64,000 bases of DNA from the human T2T-CHM13v2.0 reference genome, Homo sapiens: the NCBI RefSeq assembly GCF_009914755.1, contig NC_060926.1. One strand, written 5' to 3'. Made by a program: the position numbers and the translations under genes. The notes under the pieces are model-generated. The model did no database searches and was not told the DNA's origin. It saw only the letters and a list, made by a program, of their open reading frames with translations. Positions 54,742 to 64,000 of this stretch are shown one piece after another. Within the stretch, counting starts at the first letter, position 1; each line of letters opens with the position of its first letter.

Positions 54742-56012
54742 CCTTTGTTATACTGATGATTTTATTTCTTTGTAATAGGCTTTCAGAAATGGGATTTCTG
54801 GGGAAAATATAGCCAGTCAACAATATTTCCAGTGTGTGCTAAGCACTAAGTGTCTTTTACATAGTAATTGCTTAATAAAGTGATGTTTGCTATTATTCTT
54901 GTTATAAGCTGGGGAGTCATATTTTGAAAAAGTGTAGTCATTTATGGGAGTCCTACTTATTTAAGATACATTTACTTTAAAGACACAGGTTATCTGTAAT
55001 AACTGAACTAACAACTGTCCTTTCCTTGTTTATACAAAGTCCAAAGGAAATAGGACTGCATTGGAAAACTAAAATAGACATGAAAGTTTGCCTCCTCATT
55101 TCCTCCTTGCCATTTCAAATCCATTTCCTCAGTGAGACAGGAACCCAGAAGCTGAAGATTTTGCTCCCATAATTGGAGATTCTTGTTTTGCATTTTTAAA
55201 AAAAATTGTTATGAGCTTCTTTGCATATCTGATTTGAAAAACAAAAAGAGAGCTCATTAAAGAGTTTTTCTATTATGGAGAGGCAATAAGGAACCAACTC
55301 GTAGCTTTTCAATGAGATGAATGAATAAGTGCCTGTGTCTGCAGCCCCACATCTGCCTTCTCAGGGCAGAAGTTTGCAGGAGAAATCAGGCAATTTCTAG
55401 TCTGAAGGTTCTCCTTGTTATATTCAGCTACTCACAATGAGAATTGAGGCTGCAGCTTGTGAAGAGAGGGCAGTTTTGCAAAATGCACATTTGGTGGATT
55501 CTGGACATGAGCCATTTGACCAAAACGTCAAAGCATGACAGATTTCTAACTCCGGACTGAAATGGAAGCTTGTGCATTGGCTGAAAGCCAGTCCTGGACT
55601 CCTGGACACAGCCGAGAGCCCAGAATGTGAGGGAAATTCTGTGTGAGAAAAGGCATACCCACAGTTTTAATGAGAAGGGAAATAGGAGCTTCCATTTTCC
55701 TACTGCCTTGTTCGCTTTTTGTCTGGACACCTTTGAGCCAAAGGAAGCTGGGGAGGCCCATGTGGGTGCCCTTCCGATTCTGAGCCGTCAAACTGGGCAC
55801 GCTGTCCACACGGGTGGAGGCAAGCGTCAGAGTCCCAGGCTGTTTCTCAGCAATTGTCCAGCTCTTTCTGCTCTCTTGCTTTCTGTCTGGTTTGCATTTC
55901 AGTGAATGCCTAACTTCTTGTTTTCTGGCTTTTAGGCCCATTTTTGGCCCCATAATAACCTCTTGGACAGAATTGTTTCCCTAGTTTGACCCTCACCAGT
56001 CAGATTTTTTCA

Positions 56013-56327
<315 letters not shown>

Positions 56328-57642
56328 GATTTTCCTGTTTTGATCCAACTCCAGTTCTAAAACCCTATTTATCTCCCAGCATCAGGTTGTCCTCTTGAAA
56401 GGGAAATTGGAAGTTACAGTGATGGGGTCAAGGGCTCAGTTTTCAAGGTGGAGGCTTAGACAGAACTCATTTCAGACCTGAAGAAGGAAAAGCTGATTGA
56501 TGCTCACATGCCAACTTTGTTTCCTAGCTTGTCCTACATCCAATCTACCTTGTCTTAAAGAGGTTCAAAAGTTTGGTCCTTATCTATGGAGCAGCTACTC
56601 TGGGCAAGGCCAGGACTTATATTAACCTTGTTAGGTGCCAAGAATGGCCAGGCCTCAAAGTATCAGACCAAATAAATCCCTGTCTCCAAGGAGCTCGCAG
56701 CCTGAATTTGAAGACCCAAATATTCAGAGGAGAAATGTCTCAGTTCAAAGTTAGCTGAGTTAGCGGCCAATGGTAGGAGGATGGAGGAAATTGTGTAAGA
56801 ATTCAGAGGAGGAGAATGTCCTTGAGGGCTGGAGTAGGGAGGACATAGGATCACAGCCCACCCTTGACAGGTGAGGAAAGGAAGAGATGCAACAGTTACT
56901 AAGTGCCTACTAGGTGCCAGTGTTAGCGTAAGAGATTTGGCTGGTTATCTCTGGTTATTCTTAGGACTGGGGTTGGAGGGAAGAGTGCAGTAGGCATTTC
57001 CATCAGGGAAATGGTGCAATTAAACTACTGACAGCCTGGTCTGAGCCATAGCTGACTCTATTCAAGATAGGTGCTTACCAAATACACTTCTCTGCCAGGG
57101 TAGAAACAGCCACAATCTGCGTGTATTCAAGAGCTAAGGAGCATGTTTCATTGGCTTGCTCCACAGTCACGATGAATTGTTTGAGCACCTGCAATGCTTT
57201 GAGTGCTTTGTAAATTATGAAGTGGGAGGAGATCACTGTGGATCCAGGGATCTGCTGAGGGTCTTAGCCTCACTTCACAGGCAGATGCTCAGTGGTTTCA
57301 GGGTGAGAAAGATTATGGGAACTTTTGTGGCTTTATTGAAAAATCTCACCCAAAACACCACTTCTCATCTCTTATCTAGCAAGAAGAGCAATGAAAAACA
57401 ACAAAGGAGAAAATTTTAAAAATCAGACCATGTATGTTTAAGTTCTTAATACCTGTATTTATTCCTATAGTTTGTTCAACAAGTGTTTTCTCAGATGCTT
57501 CCTAAATGCTGTGGTAAACAAAATTGACAGGGCTCTGGACCTTGTGTTTACAGTCTAGTTGGAAAGGTAGACATTAAAAAAGGCAACACACAAGCGTGTG
57601 ATTACAAAGCATTCTGTAAATTAAAAAAACAAAAACAAAAAA

Positions 57643-57912
57643 GGCCAGGCATGGTGGCTCACACCTGTAATCCTAGCATTTTGGGAGGCCGAGGTGGAAG
57701 GATTGCTTGAGCCCAGGAGTTCAATTCCAGCCTGGACAACATAGGGAGACCCCACCTCTACAAAAAATTTTTAAAAATTAGCCAAGTGTGGTGGCGTGTG
57801 CCTGTAGTCCTAGGTACTAGAGAGGCTGAGGCGGGAGGATCACTAGAGCCAGGAGGTCAAGGCTGCAGTGAATTGTGATCGTGCCACTGTACTCTGGCCT
57901 GGGAGACAGAGC
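57643..57912 (+). mobile_element. AluJ, tail lost
   Basis: ggattgcttgagcccaggagttc. Confidence 0.9.
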
Positions 57913-60900
57913 AGGAGAAGGCACCTGGGAGGCCTCCCTGAGAAGGTGATGTTTCACATGAGACCTCGCCAATGAGAGGATTCAAACAGGCCAAGTAGGG
58001 CATGGCACGTGCTCTTGGCCTGGTCACGCGACCCATTGGAACTAGTGAAATGGAGATAACCTGAGGCCTGAGCCCCAGGGTTGTCATGGAGATGAAACTA
58101 TTTAATGTGTATAAGTCACCTGGCCCCGTGCCTAGTACGTCCTGGAGGCACCGAGCAAATGTTTGCTGAATCTGGTTGGCAAGTCCCTCCCTGCCCTTGC
58201 ATTCCAGGGTTCCCCATTTCTCTGTGACTTTGACCCCAGGGAACCCCACCCTTGCTGTAGATGCTTGCTGTGGCCTCTCTGGCTACCTGTAGAAACAGAG
58301 ACCAGTTGGGAGCAGGGATCTGCCTGGACCCATGACCCTGGCTTCCTTGCGATGCTCGTTGATGCCTGGAGTCAGCACCTCTGTCAGCAAAGCAGTCACA
58401 GGCTGCTTCTCTCCAGAAGGAAAACTGTCAGCTCTGTCCCACCCATCCACATGAATGACAACAATACTGAACTAGAGGCAGATGATATTGGGGAATTCGT
58501 ACATAGAGCAAATCATCTCTTCATTGTGCTTTATGGTTACACATACACATCTGTTTTATATCAACTGACCATCACTTGTAACTTTGTGAGCCAGACGGGC
58601 AAGTCCCAAACCATGCTGTTTCACAGCAGAAATGGAGACTCGCATGCTTGTGTGGAAAAGTGACTTGCTAAGAGTCACGCAGGTTGTCAGAGATGCAGAC
58701 CTGGGCATCTGCCTCTCCTTACACCATGACATACCTTGTTGAATGACTGAGACACCAGTGACACCGGTGACAGGACGCAGGAGAGGACTTGGGGCAGGGA
58801 GGCGCCTGCTCATAACCCTCTCTGACTTCCAACTGCAAACCCTTACTGGCTGTTGTCCTCTGCCAGGCACTGTGCTGAGCCCCATGGAGGCACCAGCCTC
58901 TTCGATGGTGGCATTTTAAGGCCTACAATGGCAGAGAAACGTCGTGGAGGAGTGAGGGTATTTCCAGCCATGGCTGGAAACTGACCCTGAATCCGAGCGT
59001 TCTCTGGTCTGGACAGAGTGCCAGGCCTGTGGCAAAGCAGGTAACCTTTGAAACGGAATCTGATCTGCTGTCGGCCACTGCCCAGGCCACAGTCTGCCAA
59101 AGGGACAGCTGAACGAAAGGCTCAACTTCCTCCTTCATCAGCTCCAAGTTCCAGGACAAGAGGCAGAACCAGGTGCCACCGAGCCTGCCACAGGTAAAGC
59201 TGCTTCTCTGTCTTAGGCCTCCCTGCTTTCGTCCTCAGGGCACTTCTCACCCCCTCCATCCCTGCTGACGCTGAGTGCTATCACCCCCAAGGAAGGACGC
59301 TTCCTGGAATGCCCAGCCTGCCACCCAAGAGACTCCCCTCAGGGCACCCACTGCTGGATCCAACAGGTCTGCCCCAGTGCCAGCCCCTAGAACCACAGGC
59401 TTCTGTAAGCTTCGACTTCCACATGCAAACCAAGTACGCTCAGCCTTTTAAAGTGCAATCCTCTTTGTTCAGAATGTTCTTCCTCCTGTGGCCAGGCTGA
59501 CTCCTTTTCTCAATCCTCAGGTCCCAGGAGGGCTGTCACTGCCCAGCACCTCTCCCCAACCTCCTGTGTGCTCTCTGAGCATTGTGTACCCGCTCCTGGT
59601 GCCACACAGACTCTTGCCACGACCTCTTCTTTGTCTCTGTTTCCATTGGCTGTGTCTCATTCTCCATTGCATCTGCAGCACCCAGCCCTGCACCTGGCAC
59701 ATAGAAGACCCTCAGTGGTATTTCATCAATAAATGGGAATGGTCTTACCCTTCCATGCCCACAGACACACTTGCACCCAGACCTCTGCAGCCCCTGCCCT
59801 CCCAATGACCTTGCCTTGGAGACTCTGCAGTTCTCACCTTTGACAGCTTTCTGAGAATTCGACCGTCCCCAGGCTGTCCTCTTCATTGATGCCTTTGCCA
59901 CTTAAACCAAAATATGCTGTGCTTTTCTAGGTTTCTGCTTCTTGCCAAGTGTCTATCTCTTACTCTACCGACCATCACCATTGACGTGTGTGAGGGGACA
60001 TCTGGAAGCACAGTCCTCTAAGGTGTGTGTGTCAAGATAGGGTTTGGGTGGCAGAGGGAGGCCCAAGTGCTGGTGGGTTCACCCACAAGGATTTGCTGAC
60101 AGCTAGCTACACACCTTCCTGTTCTTTGAGAATTTCAAACGTGAGTAGATCAGCCCTTGCCATCCAAGAGCTTAGGTTGAGGGTCTGAGGGTGGAAAACA
60201 CAATGAACACAAAGCTTAATTCCAGAATGGATGCCAATAATGGCACATACCATCTGCTAAGCACCTACTGTGTGTGGGCATTTAACGGTCACTGTCTTCC
60301 ATTTATATAACAACCTTGCGATTTATGAATTAGAGAACCATCTTACAGGTTACAAAATTGAGATAAGTGAGCTGCCGTCTATATCAGAGAATAGAAGGTT
60401 CTGAGACCAAGATTTGAAACCAGACCTTGCCAAGGAATGACCAAAATTCATTCCTTACCAAGATGTCACTTTGGGGGCCTTATCTTAAAAGTGCTTTTCT
60501 GCCAGTTTCAATGCTCTTGAGAGGACAGTCTCCCCCTCGAAGGCTCCTAGCAACATCGCTGGGCAGGCTGGGCTGCTAAGAACACCTGTGTTTAATTTAG
60601 GTGGTGACTCAGAAGTCCCATGCCCAAAATAGGTGACACAGGCACACATAAACTGTGGCCTCCTTTTTCTACCTCCAGCCCTAACCTCTGACCCTACTGT
60701 CTGTGATTGGAAAGAAACGAAACAGTGGTACTGGGAAGAGCTGTTCCCGACCTAAACCTTGCACACAAATGGTGTCAGCAGGCACAAATCAACATGAAGA
60801 TTATTAAGGGGAAACAAGCGGAAAAAATACAACTCACTAGGAATTCCTAAGTGGAGGGGCTGGGGTGTGTGTTTGTGTGTTTGTGTGTGTGTTTGTGTAC

Positions 60901-61065
60901 ATGTTTTTAACTCATCCAGATTGGAAAAAAAATGTGCCTGCAAAGGTTTCACCTTTACTTTCTCAAACCAAAAGAGATCATGTCAAGATGCCAGTCAATT
61001 GGGAGGAACTGAGGGTGAAGCCCCAGCAGGAGGGCCCTCTCTTTTCTCTTTTGAAACTTGGTGAT

Positions 61066-61563
<498 letters not shown>

Positions 61564-62052
61564 CTAGTGCATGCCTCAGCAGCTGTGGGATTGAAAAGTT
61601 ATACATATTTTTTCCCATTGAGTAAACAAGTCTACCATTAGAAGCAGGACTTCCTTCTTGATATACTTGGATGGAGACGATTTGTTTGAAAATGAGTCTG
61701 TTTAAAATGAACACAGCCGCTCCCCCCGCGAATCTGCGGGCAATCTGACATCTTTGGAGCTCACTCAGAATGACACACTGAGCAAAATTCCACCACGTTA
61801 AATTCGAGTAGACTTGACATGGTGGAAAGATCACAGGCCTGGGGCAGAGGGCCTGGCCCCTGCCCTCGCCCCTGGGGCCCTGTGAGAGCCAGGACAGGCC
61901 CTCCCCTCATCCAGCGGCCGTGGAGCCCTGGGTCTCTTCCTGCAGCTCGTTTCTCTCGTGTGAGGCAGACACAGTGCAGCGCTCTCTTGAGGTCTCTGTG
62001 GCATTTCTGGAATGTCCTTCTTCCCCAGTTCTGCTGTTCTTTCTCCCTAGCG

Positions 62053-62085
62053 TGAAGGCAGGGAAATAAAGAGGCCTATTTATAG
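62053..62085 (-). promoter_or_regulatory. Candidate TATA+Inr core promoter / MEF2 site
   Basis: CTATAAATAG on minus; CA initiator with A at 62053, 31 nt from the TATA start. Confidence 0.35.
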
Positions 62086-62459
62086 TGGGCTGGGCCAAGG
62101 CAAGCTCATCTCAAAGCTGAGTATTTATGACTGTTAGTGTCTCAGAGACAACCTGTGAATGGCCTGGCGTCTCTCCAACGGTGTGGTGTGGACTTGGCAC
62201 CACTTCGCACGGCACTGGAGCTGGGTGCTGCCTTCCAGCTGGGCGTGTGAAGGGCCCGTGCAAAGCCTCTGCCTCCCCTACCCCGGCTCTCAGGGCCCTG
62301 AGGAGCTTACGGGCTGGAAATGGCCACTTCCTGAAGAACGGTAACCAGCCCCTGTGTAGGCAACAACTCACGCGCGCCCACGGAAACTCAGAGGCGTGGC
62401 TGTTACTATCCATATTTTAAAACGCAGTGATGGCTCCAATGCATTTGTTCTGTGTAAGG

Positions 62460-62860
62460 TAACGGGCTATTCTAGACAAGCTTTGGGGTATCTGCCTCTC
62501 CAACTTATGCCCTTTACTTTGTGAACGAATCCCACCCACAGCCATGATCACTCAGTGTGACTTCGTTACCCTGGCCTTGGTTAATTGGACCAGCGATGGG
62601 CCGGTGACCCAGGCTAAGCCAATAACATATTCTCTCCGAAAGTTTTGCTTCCAGATTCCCTTCTTAGCCTCTGTTGGGCCCTTGACTGGGGAGCCCAGTG
62701 AGGCCAGGCCTGGGCAGCTGAGCTTGTCATCTCAAACAGAAGCAAAGGAAGCTTCTCTGCAGAGCAGTCAATGAAACTGTCACACAATGACCCCAGAAGT
62801 CCTGACAGATGGTTCTGCCAGCTTCCCTGTTCCAGTCACTCTCGAAGCCTTTGGTTCCCG
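62460..62860. mobile_element. Old MLT1-type LTR fragment
   Basis: gccatgatcac...gtgacccaggctaagccaataaca motif; tentative. Confidence 0.45.
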
Positions 62861-63924
62861 GAGATTCTACTGCTCTATCTTTTTGAAACAGAATGTTCTA
62901 TTAGGGTTTAAATTTATGTAACACAATAGCCTATTGGAAGATTTTTAAAAAAAAAAAACTTACTGGAAAAATCTACCAGCTGCTATCTGGAGACACAAAG
63001 ACAGAAGGTCCCTAGAGGGCAGATCCTGAGTAGCCTCACTTAGACGGGGAGGCAGGGGCAAGCCCCGACATGGCAAAGCCAGCCCCTCCGTATGTCCCAG
63101 CCAAAACCAGCGTTGGAGAAGGGCAGTGGGGCCGCTGATGGCTATCGTGTGTGAGAGCCAGGGCCGGAGCCAGCTATGGTGCTTCCCTCATGACTTAGAA
63201 AGCAGCTCCTGTGAGCATCCAGGTACTTCTGGGCAGTTGGATTTTCCAGGTTAAGGCAGTGAGACTGGGCTCTCCCATTCCTTCCAGCCTCCCCACCCAT
63301 ACTGCCTGTCACATGGGGCTTTCTGGACTTAGAAGGGGAATCCACTGGCTTCATAAAGTAAATATTGCCATCTGAGACCTGGCTTCAAACTCTGAAGTAG
63401 AACACCCCAGTTACACTTCCAGTAACTTTCCCTTTCTTGCTTAAACTACTTTGGGTGAGACTTTGTTCTTGTGATGGAAAGAGCTTCGTTGAAGTGACAA
63501 ATGCTGGGGGATGCTGAGTCCACATCCCGGTCTGTCTGACTCCAAATCTGAGTGACTCTGAGTCCAGAGGTCATTCGACTTCACATCAAGGCCTCTCTGA
63601 TGCCGCCTCGCATCCCCTGAGAGCTTAGCAGACCTGGAGGCTCTCGTCAGAATTCCCCAACAAAATCTGTGTTTTAACAAGTTCCCTGGTACCCCTGGGG
63701 GGGCACTGATCTGATTCACCCACCAGCCTCCCAAGGCCCTGTAGTGCTGAGCTGTGGACCTCACTAGGACGCTCTCCTTGTCCCTGCCACTAGCTCCAGT
63801 GGGATCTCAGGCCAAGACCTCTCCTACCCTTGGCTCCCATTAACTTCTTTATAAAACAAAAGGCCCTCCCTGGTCCTGAGCTGAGGTGGCATCAGCTGTT
63901 CCCTTCAAAAAAGTGGCCCAGAGA

Positions 63925-64000
63925 AGCGGGGAGTAGAGAGTGACTGCTAATAGGTACAGGATTTCTTTTTAGAGTAATAAAAATATTTTAGAATTAGACA
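63925..64000 (+). mobile_element. L1MB/ME 3' fragment, runs off window
   Basis: gagagtgactgctaataggtacaggatttctttt...aatattttagaattaga. Confidence 0.65.

Overview
This is primate (almost certainly human) genomic DNA covering the 5' end of ROCK2 (Rho-associated protein kinase 2) on the minus strand. Positions 1-31301 are AT-rich, repeat-dense intron 1; I found no exon 2 in the window. Coding exon 1 ([10 protein letters not shown]...INVESLL, 47 codons) is at 31302-31442 inside a CpG island (~31140-32750). Upstream (right) is Alu-dense intergenic DNA containing a processed cyclophilin A (PPIA) retrocopy. Its 165-codon frame is fully open, its stop codon overlaps a newly created GTAAGT splice donor, and its 3'UTR is split by a THE1 LTR carrying an intact DUX4 motif. 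The two best candidates for something undescribed are (i) a stacked translational-control module in the ROCK2 leader (optimal-Kozak uORF, nine-tract G-quadruplex repeat, in-frame GUG start in strong context, second in-frame AUG) and (ii) the intact PPIA retrocopy/THE1 unit. Both are hypotheses from sequence alone. No prokaryotic-type systems, CRISPR arrays, tRNA or rRNA genes were seen. Most ORFs in the track are repeat artefacts. Repeat boundaries and subfamily calls are by eye and approximate.
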